Positions 1-10,250 of a stretch of 38,787 nt of DNA are shown here, piece after piece. The position numbers and the translations under genes are program-made. Location: the NCBI GenBank assembly GCA_943704425.1, contig CALSCP010000578.1, positions 1 through 38,787 of the forward strand, given 5' to 3'. Numbering within the stretch: position 1 is the stretch's first letter; each line of letters starts with the position of its first letter. The DNA comes from Ministeria vibrans ATCC 50519. Its lineage: Eukaryota; Protista; Filasterea. The notes beneath the pieces were generated by a model. The model did not search any database and had not been told where the DNA came from. It saw only the letters and a program-made list of their open reading frames with translations.

Positions 1-270
<270 letters not shown>

Positions 271-487
271 GTATTTCTGTCTTTGTGTATGTTTAAGACT
301 CATCACTTTATATTCCAAGTAGTGAGCCTCCGTTCAAGATTGACCTGTTTCGTCAAGCAATCTTCATTTATGCTGACTCAAGCGAGCCCGTGGATATGTG
401 GATTCCATCTAGCTCATTTCAACCTCAATCGTACGTTTATTTTTATTTCCGCTTTACTTCGTTTTTTGTCTTATTAATTCAGATTTT

Positions 488-2483
488 GTTTCTTTTAAAG
501 GACCATTTTTTCTGAACAGGACCCAAAGCACAGCGACTCGACTGCTGCCCTCAACGTGTCCGCAGATTTAAACAACAAATTAGGTATGATACAAAGATGA
601 TCATTCTTTCTTCTCTGTCCATGAGACATCGTTTGCAATTGGTAACTTACCCCGTAGTGTCAGCGGCAGTTCCATTGAAGAAACACCGCGTATTACGTCG
701 TCGTCCTGCTTTTCTCGTACATTCCCAACCTACACAACTACCACCCTTGTCTGCACCACGTTTAACAACAACAGTCCCGCCGATGTGTCGACTTGAACCA
801 TCACTCTCTCCACCGCCAGACGACACCCCCACAATGACACCGGCATTTCCTTCACCTCAATTACCAGAGGTCGAGCCTGTCACATCCGCATCATTGCCCC
901 CACTGCTTGATGAGTTACCCACGACCACACCGGCTCATCCTTTGCCTCTATCACCCGATATCGAGCCCGTCTCACCCACAGCAGTGTCGCCACCACCTGC
1001 CGGCCAGACCACTACCACAACGTCACCCCCACCATTGCCACCGCTGGAGCGCTCAGTTGGGCCAACCCTATTCACAACTTTGTCCTCTGCAACATCTTCA
1101 ACATGCTCTACACCCTTGACATCTATACCGACATTTTCCCCCTACACTGGCGAGCCTGTCGCGCTTGGCCTCACGAAATCTCGAAATACGGTGATTCGCG
1201 TGAACAAGGTCACTCGCGCCGGATTGGTGTGTGGCGACGCAGTCCTCAAGGTGATTCAGGATCCCGAAGAGTACGCTTACGAAGTCCGCGCGCTGGCGTC
1301 GCTTAAAAACACTGATATTGCGGTACACTTTGTTGCGGAAGTGGACTACAAAGGCGCAGCTGCGATCGAGCTTGAGTCGGGAAGAGAGAGTCTTGCAGAG
1401 TGGCATTGTGACATTCAGCGTGAAGGAGGCGCTACCCGCCAGCGACTACAGGCGCACATGCTGGAAGCCTTTCAGCTGGTCAAGCAATTACATCGCCGAG
1501 GCTGGGTACACAACGACATTAAACTGAGCAATTTTGTGTTCTTTGGCAAGGCGCAGCGCCTGAAGCTCATCGACTTTGGCACAGCGCGTTGCATTGGAGA
1601 GTGTGTGGGTAGAGCCTGGACGCGAGACACTGTCCCACCAGAGCTGGTTGATTTTGTATTGCATGGTGGCTCGACTGCGCCTTTAGCATCGCCTGCAACC
1701 GACATGTGGCAGCTTGGACTGGTCTTTTGCGAGCTCATGGGTAACTCCTTGCCCTTTGAGTGTTTTGACGACACAAAAGCTGACGCCTTACTGTCGGCAC
1801 AGCGCAACTGGCCGGATCGCTGTGAGCCATTATTGCACGAGCAATTTCCTGACGGATTTGGTGTGTTTGAGAGTGCTCGCAAAGCCGTGAAACTCATTGC
1901 GGGTTTTCTCTCAACGGATCCCGACCTGCGAATGGTTAACGTTCATCGACTGGCGACGCACGTGTATCTTGGTGGTCGTGGGGCTGGACAAACTACAATG
2001 GAGTCGATGTTGGCCACGTTGCAGCAACAAGCACCGGCCAATGTGGTAGAAGGGATGGAGGGACTGGGTGAGGTTTCTCGGAGGCTCGAAGCGCTTCTCG
2101 ACCCTGTGTTTCACAACCTATCAGAGTCAGCCTTGACCGCTAAGTTGCATCATGCGAGTCTCGTTCATCAGCTGCGAGTCAACCAGCAGCTGATTATGGA
2201 CTCGGTGGACTCGGAGAAGCCGCGAATGTTTGCGCTCGTACCGTCACCCAGCGACAAGTCATGGCACAAGGTGTCCACCTGGGGCAAGTCGACGTTTCGA
2301 CTTTACCCCTTGTGTGAGGAGGGGCCGCACTTTCTGAAAAACTGCAAGGGCGCGCGTGTGACTGAACTGAAGGAGAAATTTGCCAAAATGCTTCCAATCA
2401 TCAAAGTATGGCCCAATTACATTCGAATCCTTTTTGTACCCCTTTATCGAACTTTTTCTCTCAATCTTTTTCTCTCAATCTCT

Positions 2484-2529
<46 letters not shown>

Positions 2530-3432
2530 CTCAAACTCAAACTCTCTCTCTCAAACTCTCAAACTCTCTCTCAAACTCTCTCTCTCAAACTCAAACTCTC
2601 TCTCTCAAACTCAAACTCTCTCAAACTCAAACTCTCTCAAACTCTCAATCTCTCTCTCAAACTCAAACTCAAACTCAAACTCAAACTCAAACTCTCTCAA
2701 ACTCTCAAACTCTCTCAAACTCTTTCTGTTTTTTTTTTCTTTCTCAAACTCTCTCTCAAACTCTCTAACTCTCAAACTCTTTTCTTTATGTGTTTGTTTG
2801 TTTTTATTTTTGTGCTTTCACGAACTTCTTCTCATCATGACATGTCGTCTTCGTCTCCTTAGGTCATGTTGACTGTCACACTGACCGCATGCAAACTGGC
2901 GCTTGCTGCCGGGGGTCTCGGTGCACTGTTGCCTGACGGATCGAGCGTTCTCTCATTCTTTGATGACAACGCTGAGTCATTGGTGGACGTGCTGGAAAGT
3001 ACTTTTCAACGATTTTTCGGAAAAGGGAAAACTGACAATGCTCTTTTTCCGCATTCTTTTTGTTTGTATTTTCGGTGTTTACGCAGATGTTGACAGAGTC
3101 GCTGAGAATGCATTGGGCGATGCGGAAGTTGTGTCACAGATTGGAGCAGCGACAGGCAGCAGTGATGACGGACGTGCAATGGGTGTTGGGTTGGAGTGGA
3201 TGCGCCGTCTTTGCGGAAACAAAGATGGAACTTTTGGTGGACTCAAGGTACTCCTACTCATCATTATTGATTTTTGTCTTCTTCTTCGCTTATTGTTGAT
3301 TATTTTTATTATTTATTTTCTTATTATTAATGATAATATTTATTATTAATTATATAGCGAAAAATTAGTAAGGATGGTACGAAGGTCGTGTGGGTGTGCG
3401 CAGAGCATGCAAAATTATTTGTTGTATCTTGA
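488..3432 (+). CDS. Multi-exon Ser/Thr protein kinase with Pro-rich N-terminal region and Roco/TRN1-like C-terminal domain (5' end uncertain, may extend upstream)
   Basis: Kinase motifs AVLK, HNDIKLSN, DFG, PPE, DMWQLG. Introns at about 583-658, 2407-2862, 2999-3087 and 3248-3357. Spliced C-terminus reads PRMFALVP...FRLYPLCEEGPH...FGGLK|RKISKDGTKVVWVCAEH, with TGA at 3430-3432. Confidence 0.8.
2455..2780. repeat. Intronic (CT)n/(CAAACT)n low-complexity repeat
   Basis: Lies inside intron 2407-2862 and produces the spurious SL/QT-repeat ORFs. Confidence 0.9.
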
Positions 3433-3573
3433 AGAAATTTTTACTAATAAAAAAGTGAAGAAAAAACTGAATATTCTACATGTCAAAACACTACAAAATA
3501 CGAACTCGCTTGATGCCCGACTCATGTTTCAACTCTTTGGCGTCCAGTTCACGACGGTCGCGGGCGCACAGAG

Positions 3574-3830
3574 CATCAACCGCCCCGAAGTAATGCTAGG
3601 CTAGGTTCTGTCTGTTCCGTCTGTATCCCACCCTTGGTTCAAGCTTGCTGAGCTGCGCTCAGAGCTCCAAACCCACGTGACTTCGTCTGTATGACGTATC
3701 ATTGCAATTGCCTCACACTGAACAGCGACGACAATGTCGCGTACGCACTGCCACTATTTTTCCGTGTGTCCTCTAGAGATCAAGTGGAGTTTGCAGAGCG
3801 GTCTTTGCGGGGCGACTTATTTTTCTTCTA
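3574..3830 (+). mobile_element. Degenerate copy of the dispersed (TTC)n-tailed repeat (likely non-LTR retroelement 3' end)
   Basis: 3659-3729 aligns with 10079-10142 (gtatgacgtatcattgcaattgcctca vs gtatggcgtaccattgcgattgcctca). 3748-3795 aligns without gaps to 31252-31299. Ends in ttttcttcta. Confidence 0.55.
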
Positions 3831-3872
3831 ATCATTACTACTGAAATACAATCAACTGGCTCGCTTTACTCG

Positions 3873-5022
3873 CTACTGAATGAGACAATCCTTCTTTGCC
3901 TTGGCATCGCGTGTCTTGGTGGGCTTCTGAACTTGAAACCCACTGGTGGAGCGACTGGCGGGTGCATGGCCATGGGTGGGCTCGGGCGGCGGTGCGTCTG
4001 CCTATATCCATATAAGAGAAAAGAGGAGTGAATAGGATTCATATTGGATTTTGCTGTTCCCTACGCGACGTATAATGCGCGGCACACGTACCTCAAAAAG
4101 TCCAATCTTGCGTGCGTTCACTTCGGGCTCGACACCCTTATCGCCCTCCATCTTAAAGTATTTTCTCGTGAGATACTCAAAGACATCGTCCACTTGGAGG
4201 TTCTCCTTCACCGACGTGCGATACAGCTTCAGTCGCATGCTCTTGGCCAGCTGCTCCGCCTCCTCCGCCTCGACCACCGACTCGTCCAGCAGATCCACCT
4301 TGTTCTGCACCAACACCATGGCAACGCTGTCGCCGCACTCGCTCTGTACCTTCCCAATCCATCTTTCCACCGCATCAAACGAATCCCGGTCTATCGATGA
4401 GAATACAATGGCGCAGCAGTGCGCATCTAAGGACACGAGGTGGTCAGAGGAAGATCAAACACAACAACTCATCTGACTAAAATCTAACCTTTGTAGTAAT
4501 TCTTCGTCATGACATCAAATTCTTCTTGCCCTGCCGTATCCCACACCATAAGGCGGATCTCCTCATCATCGTCGTCGTTCGTCACGACTTTCTCCAGGAA
4601 ATCAACGCCTGAACAGAAGAAATAAAAAAAATCGACACGTCAAATCAGTGTCGTTGAAAATACGCAACGGTGAGTCGGAAAGCGTCTGGCGCTCGCCCCT
4701 ATACCAACGCATTTGCAGTTGGCGTGCTGTTGGCGCTGTCGATCGCACGCTGGTACGCCGCAAATGACGCACTTGGACAAAAATTTAGATTTCAAAAATA
4801 GGGAAACGACCACAGGAAAACAGGAAGAATCTCCGAGTGACGCATGCACGCGAGCGATGAAGTGCACTGGCGTGTCGATGTGCTGCTGGTCGTACCGATA
4901 GTCTTCTTGTAGTCTTTCGTGAAGACTCCTTTGCAAAAGCGCTGAATCATTGAGCTTTTGCCGACGCCACCATTCCCCACTACCAGTACTTTCAACGCTG
5001 TTTCCACGTCTACTTCTTGCAT
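3873..5022 (-). CDS. RAB23: Rab23 small GTPase (4 exons)
   Basis: KVLVVGNGGVGKSSMIQRFCKGVFTKDYKKTIG|VDFLEK, WDTAGQEEFD, QNKVDL and YRTSVKE motifs. C-terminus DCLIQ* (CaaX). Confidence 0.92.
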
Positions 5023-5099
5023 ACTGTGGATTATAATGAAAAAATATATATAATTAATTTTAAAGTTCATTTTTAGTGACAAATGACAATGAATGACAA

Positions 5100-6632
5100 T
5101 TATTCGCCTCCAAAAAAGAACTTGATCTCTTCTGCGACGGCAGTCGCGCCCAGTTTAGTGGCAAGGCGCAGAGCAGTGGCAGTGGGGTCGTGGTCGTCGA
5201 GAGACACGTGTGCAAGGGGGTAGCCCTGATGGTAGCTGGTGCAGAGGAGCGCAAGGATAGCGTCGAGTTGAATATCGCCTTGATTCAGTAACACCACGAG
5301 TTGTTCGCGCACAGAGAGATTTTGCTGCGCAATCTCCTTTTGATTAAGACTCTTGAGAAAGTGTTCGGTGTAGTAGAGGTGCACATGAGCGGCGGCCGTG
5401 GCGAGTTCAGAGGCGCAGAGGGCGGTGATGGCAGTGCGCTCCGCCGATGAGACACCCCGGAGGACAGCTGGCAGGAACACGGCCGACTCGAGAAGGTGCG
5501 TTGTCTTGAGCTGCATTGCAAGGCTGTGCGAGGTCAAAGCGGAAACGGGGGTGATGGGGAGAGGGTGAAAGTGCTGGCGGAAGAGGGTGAGTGCGCGGGG
5601 CATGTGCCAGTCGCTGGTGACAAGACGCAAGTCAACAGTGCATGAGGGCACAGCGGCGCGGAGTGCGTTAATGAGAAGGCCACAGTGGCGCACGTTGCAT
5701 ACTGTTGACTTGGATCGTGGATCGAGCAGCGTGGATTGACGAAGAAGGCGAGTGCGTGCGCGCTTAAAAGCGTTGTCTTCGTCGGACGTGAGCCATTGTG
5801 CTGTGAGATACTCGCGTAGCGGAGTGGCCTCGTATGCGGCTCCTTGGTGAGCAAGAATAGCCAAACGCCCTTGGTTAAGAGCCGCCAGTGTCTCGTCGGC
5901 AGCACGTTCGATGCGATGGTGCTGTACGGGCAACGAGACACAACTGAGATTGCAAACAACAGTGATTGATTGATGTGTGCGCACACGATCAACAAGATCG
6001 TGCGAGAGAAGTTGGGTAGATGGGCGCGAAGCACTCCTCGTGTCAAGAAACAGCGAAAAGGGTGTCATAGAGCAGTTGGTGAAGCCCCAAAAAAAGCTCA
6101 TTTGGCGGAAGAGGTTCTCGTGAGCGACCAGCGCCACAGACTTCCACTGGTGCTCGAGACACTCTCCGGCAAGCCAGACAAGAAAATCGCTGGCACGCTG
6201 GACACACTCGGCAACTCCACCATGGGGCTCCCACCATTCGTGGTCGCCGCCGCCACCGCCGTCGTCAGGCCAGCGGAACGCCGGCGAGGGAAAGACCGTC
6301 CGCAATTCGCTGTAGGGACGACCGGTGTGTCGTTGAATGAGAGGCGCATCGGAAGTCTGATAGCTGTTGAACTCGCGCAAACGTGGATCCACTGTGAATG
6401 GGGTCAGGCACTCCGCTAGAATCGTCGCACACGTCTCCATGGCGCGCGACAATGGCGAAACGAACACCCGATCAAATTGAATCTTGTCGCGCGCATAAAC
6501 CTCGGCAGCGTCGGCCGCCTGTGCCCGGCCCACAGGCGAAAGTGGATCGTCTCTACCGGCGCCAGGCCCTAGTTTCTGGCCCAGACTCTCGCCGTGACGA
6601 ATGAGAACGACATTTGCACAGGCGAGTTGCAT
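5100..6632 (-). CDS. Intronless fusion: histidine phosphatase (PGAM family) + DUF218/YdcF-like domain + possible C-terminal ankyrin-like repeat
   Basis: LIRHGES, SPLSRAMET, LRE and VAH motifs, then EA...LLDPRSKSTVCN and LVTSDWHMPRA, then TALRLATKLG near the C-terminus. Confidence 0.8.
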   Translation of the reverse strand: MQLACANVVLIRHGESLGQKLGPGAGRDDPLSPVGRAQAADAAEVYARDKIQFDRVFVSPLSRAMETCATILAECLTPFTVDPRLREFNSYQTSDAPLIQRHTGRPYSELRTVFPSPAFRWPDDGGGGGDHEWWEPHGGVAECVQRASDFLVWLAGECLEHQWKSVALVAHENLFRQMSFFWGFTNCSMTPFSLFLDTRSASRPSTQLLSHDLVDRVRTHQSITVVCNLSCVSLPVQHHRIERAADETLAALNQGRLAILAHQGAAYEATPLREYLTAQWLTSDEDNAFKRARTRLLRQSTLLDPRSKSTVCNVRHCGLLINALRAAVPSCTVDLRLVTSDWHMPRALTLFRQHFHPLPITPVSALTSHSLAMQLKTTHLLESAVFLPAVLRGVSSAERTAITALCASELATAAAHVHLYYTEHFLKSLNQKEIAQQNLSVREQLVVLLNQGDIQLDAILALLCTSYHQGYPLAHVSLDDHDPTATALRLATKLGATAVAEEIKFFFGGE

Positions 6633-6820
6633 TGTAATGATCCTGCAATAATTGCTGATCGTCTCGTTAAATCTAATGTTGACGACAGCTCACTCGCTCA
6701 CTTGACGTACAGCGGATGAGAGTTGAGACCTTGCGTCTTGCGATCGCTTGTGTGGTAACGAATTAATTTGGTTTGATCACTGATCAATCAATAATATTTA
6801 TTCGAAATTTTGCTACAGAA

Positions 6821-7725
6821 ATGGACCACGGTGCATTTGAAACCTACGAAGAATACTTGGACTCTAAGATTCGTTCTACTGACTTGTATTATCTGGAGAA
6901 TGAACAGGCATGACTTGTTTGTTGTCATGGAAACGATGAAAATAATATTTTGTTGAATAGTTGGCACGACAACTCGTCGAACTCGGCTACCGAGGTGCCG
7001 GAGAGGTAAACAATTACACAAACCACATGATGCCTAGGTGGCAGTCTTGTTTTGAACCTCAGTTCGCGCCCAGGTACTTTCGCGCGAAGAATTTGACGAG
7101 CAAAAGAAAGTGGACCCGCCACAAGCAGAAGAGGACTCGACTGTGGTGTCAACTGGGAGAAACTTTGAGGGCCACCCTATGTTGGAGGCGTTGGCAGAAC
7201 GAGAAGCAGCGGTGCGATCGGGCGAACTCTCGACCATTGTGTTTGTGCGTGCCAAGACTACCAAGGGCCATGAGATAAGGTATGCTTTTGCATACACTTT
7301 GCTTTGTTGTGTGACTGACACCCTGACGACCTTGAAAGTGGATATGCTGATTTGGCTCAACGTTTGGAGCTTCTCGAAGAGATGGTGGCGGTGTTTGCCA
7401 ATCAAAAACGGTTTCTGCCGCGCACATCAGATTTAAGGTGACAGCTGTGCATTGTTTTTTGTCCGGTTTCTTCTGAAACGATGTGTTTAGCTTTTTGAAT
7501 TGGGACACGCTCAAGTGCTCCAATGGACCATCGCCGTACTTTCAGATCGTCAACAACAACCCGTCAGGAGGACTGACGTTCCAGCACAAACAAACGCGCA
7601 AAGTCATTTGCGTCGATGTGGACGCACCGCAGAGCGATTCAGATGTGTCACGCACCGAAATCGTCGACAAGAAGTACCTTCAGGTGGTGTTCTTTGACCT
7701 GGCGCATCGTCATGAGGCGCAATAA
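6821..7725 (+). CDS. CFAP299: Cilia- and flagella-associated protein 299 (C4orf22/DUF4464), 5 exons
   Basis: Spliced FETYEEYLDS..DLYYLENEQ|LARQLVELGYRGAGE|VLSREEF..LEALAEREAAVRSGELSTIVF..GHEISGYAD..DLSFLNWDT..GLTFQHK..YLQVVFFD. Confidence 0.88.
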
Positions 7726-7791
7726 TATAATAATTTATCATCATACGATACATTTGTACAAAATATAAACAATACACACATGACTCTCTCC

Positions 7792-8303
7792 TTACGAGTG
7801 AAGATCGTGGTTAGCCTGCATGCGCTGCTGGCGTACTTGAAGGAGAAGACACCCTTTGAAAGAGCTGTGGCGCACATCTACTTCGCCTTCTTCCAGCTGA
7901 CGGAGAGAGACAGTCAGAGTGAGAGTGAGAGAGAGGTGACAGAATGCGTTTCGTTTCTGACTACGAACCGGATCTTTTCCGTAGATATTGTCGTAGCAAG
8001 TGGGCGAGAGGCAGCGCCGCGTACAGGCAGCACGAGCTACAACCGCAGCTTCGTCGACAAGGCTCTGGTGGCGGAGCGTCGAGTCGCACTGGTCGTTGCA
8101 CGCGCGCAGTCCACTGTTGATGGCTTTCTCCTACGCACGACAGTGAGCGTAAGTGTGCGGGAGGGGCAAGGAGACCGCCGCCGCGGGTGGGCGACTCTTA
8201 CATTCTGAGGGGTCTTTCGATAGAGGTAGGAGGGGGCGTCGACGGTGGGGGGCGCGGCAAGGGAGACACGGAGAATGATTGCCAAGACAATCAGCAACTT
8301 CAT
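7792..8303 (-). CDS. Small secreted Cys-rich DUF4787-family protein (3 exons)
   Basis: Signal peptide MKLLIVLAIIL. Spliced CTRRCLSPTCYDNIYGKDP|LEEGEVDVRHSSFKGC motif. Confidence 0.78.
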
Positions 8304-8539
8304 AGGGTTAGGGAGAAAGAAGGGAGCGAGGGGGAGGGATGCAACAGTCGGTTCAGTCGAGTAATAACAAGTTGAACGGCAGGAAGTCAGAAGGAAGAGA
8401 CTGAGAGACGAGAGATGGCCAAAACTGTGAAACTTTGATTGATCTTGAAAACTCCAAAAGTCAAAACTAATATACAAATGGTCATAATTTTCCATGAGCT
8501 AACCGTGGGACCGCGTTGCAGTGGCGGCCGGTCGTGCGT

Positions 8540-9858
8540 ATGCGTCTAATATGGAGCTGATGATGTCGGAGACGGGCGAACGATGCCGGACGGATCCGCC
8601 AAGTGAGATTGGCGCTTGTTTTGCATTGGGCGCCAACGGAAAGGTTGTGTGTCGCTTTCCTACAGCCACTGGAGAGCCATGGCGGTCGACGGGGTTTATG
8701 GGCGAGGATGTGCGGGAGCATTTTACCCAGTACCATCCCACGAGCAAGCACCGCATCGCTGTGCCATCTGCAATTCGTATGTTGGTTCGAGTTCTCTCAA
8801 AAGGAAAGTTGCTTGTCACCACAGCAACACATTCACAGCCACCGTCATGGAACGCGGTTCGCTGGAGGACGGAGGATGGAAGACAATGTATCTACTAGAG
8901 GTGCGTGCGGCATTGGAGCGCAACGGAGAAGAGGAGGACGTTGAGGGAGAAATGAGGTGTTTGGTCGTTGCGAGTGGGAACAAGTCCCAATGGGATTTGT
9001 GACGTGGTTGGCAATGGCACGGGGCGAGAAGGAGGATGAGGAGGACGCGAGTGCGTTTGAGATGCTCAGGAATGGCAAGGTGCGGTGTCGGTGTCGACTT
9101 GTGGACGGACGAGTGTGTGCTGGACGGGGATTTGCGCCTAAGCGGGTTGGGCAGCATTTCTCAAAGTGCCATCCTCGGAGTGTGTTCCGCGTCAACTGTG
9201 TGGTGTACAAGCAGGATGTACCGCCATACAGAAACTGGTTTAAGCGACATCTGTTGCAATCGCACAGTGATGTGTTTGCTCGTGGCTGTGACTGGCAGAG
9301 AGTGTACGCTTCTCTTGTGCGCAGTGAGCTTGAGGAGCGCGATGCGAGTGAGTCTGTGATTGTGCGCGAGCTGCAGTTGTTGCACGAGAGTGAGCGAGTG
9401 ACGTCATCGTTTTCGGAGTGGCTGTCGCGTGCGCAGAATGAAGCAGGGAGTGGTTGTGGTGCGGTGGATTTCGACGCGTCATTTGAGCGACTGCCCGATG
9501 GTCGATTTAAATTCGAATGGTGCGACCGGCCACAGGACAAATGTGTGATACTGCACCATTCACAATGGGGCGTGTGGGTGCTCATTTTAGTGGGTATCAT
9601 GTGCTGAGTGTGTATTGCACTCCATGTGCCATCTGCTCGAAATCCGTGTCTAGGGCGGGTGATCTGCGTCTTCACCTGCGCACTCGTCATTCTTCCGAGT
9701 TTACACACACTGTGTTGGCGTCGAACTGGAAGAATGTGTACAGTTGGTACGTACGGAGTGCAATGATGCGAGAGGGAAAAAGTGAGAGTGTGATTGAGAG
9801 AGAACGGAGCATTTTGTATGAGCATGAGAAAGCGCCCCGTCTTTCACAGGTGGAGTAA
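8540..9858 (+). pseudogene. Intronless, frameshifted pseudogene of a protein with three tandem double-zinc-finger repeats
   Basis: Four overlapping ORFs join into three homologous units. Frameshifts at about 8759, 8965 and 9522. Several Cys/His ligands are mutated. Confidence 0.7.
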
Positions 9859-10003
9859 AACATTATTAATTAAACATATTATAATCATCAATTTTGAAAC
9901 CTGATTAATGTCTAGAAGTCTACGGCGGAAGTATTGTGCTGCCCGTTGTTTTGTATATACTCTTTGTTTTGCCGTTGAGTACAGCTCATTTTCTTCTTCT
10001 TCT

Positions 10004-10210
10004 TTTTTAATTTTGTTCTATCCGCGTCTCCTCATCGATTCGCCCCGAGTTTACTCGTTAGACAGCTGTTACAGCTTGTCAGAGCCCTAAGCCCCCACTG
10101 GGGGTATGGCGTACCATTGCGATTGCCTCACTGGATAGCGATTGCACTTGTGCTTTTGTTGTAGATCTGGTGACTGTATCATGAATAAATGGGTTGTATT
10201 CTTCTTCTTC
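10004..10210 (+). mobile_element. 5'-truncated copy of the (TTC)n-tailed retroelement
   Basis: Ends tgactgtatcatgAATAAAtgggttgta(TTC)4. (TTC)4 is also present just upstream at about 9990-10002. Homologous to 3574-3830, 31252-31367 and 33349-33369. Confidence 0.65.
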
Positions 10211-10250
10211 TAATTTTTAGTCATTATTTTATCATTAAACAGTTTCATCA

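Noticed and set aside
2380-2872. ORFs with SL/QT/LK repeats
   Set aside because: They are translations of an intronic microsatellite.
4610-4894. Long GC-rich Rab23 intron with Sm-site-like AAATTTTTG
   Set aside because: No recognisable snRNA 5' motifs or stem-loops.
8740-9540. Programmed -1 frameshifting or insertional editing in the zinc-finger locus (all three shifts are in the same direction)
   Set aside because: There are no slippery heptamers, the implied indels differ in size, and zinc ligands are also mutated. Pseudogene decay is the simpler explanation.
10079-10145. Translation PKPPLGVWRTIAIAS resembling an RT 'RPIA' motif
   Set aside because: It is too short and lies next to the element's 3' tail, where that RT motif would not be expected.
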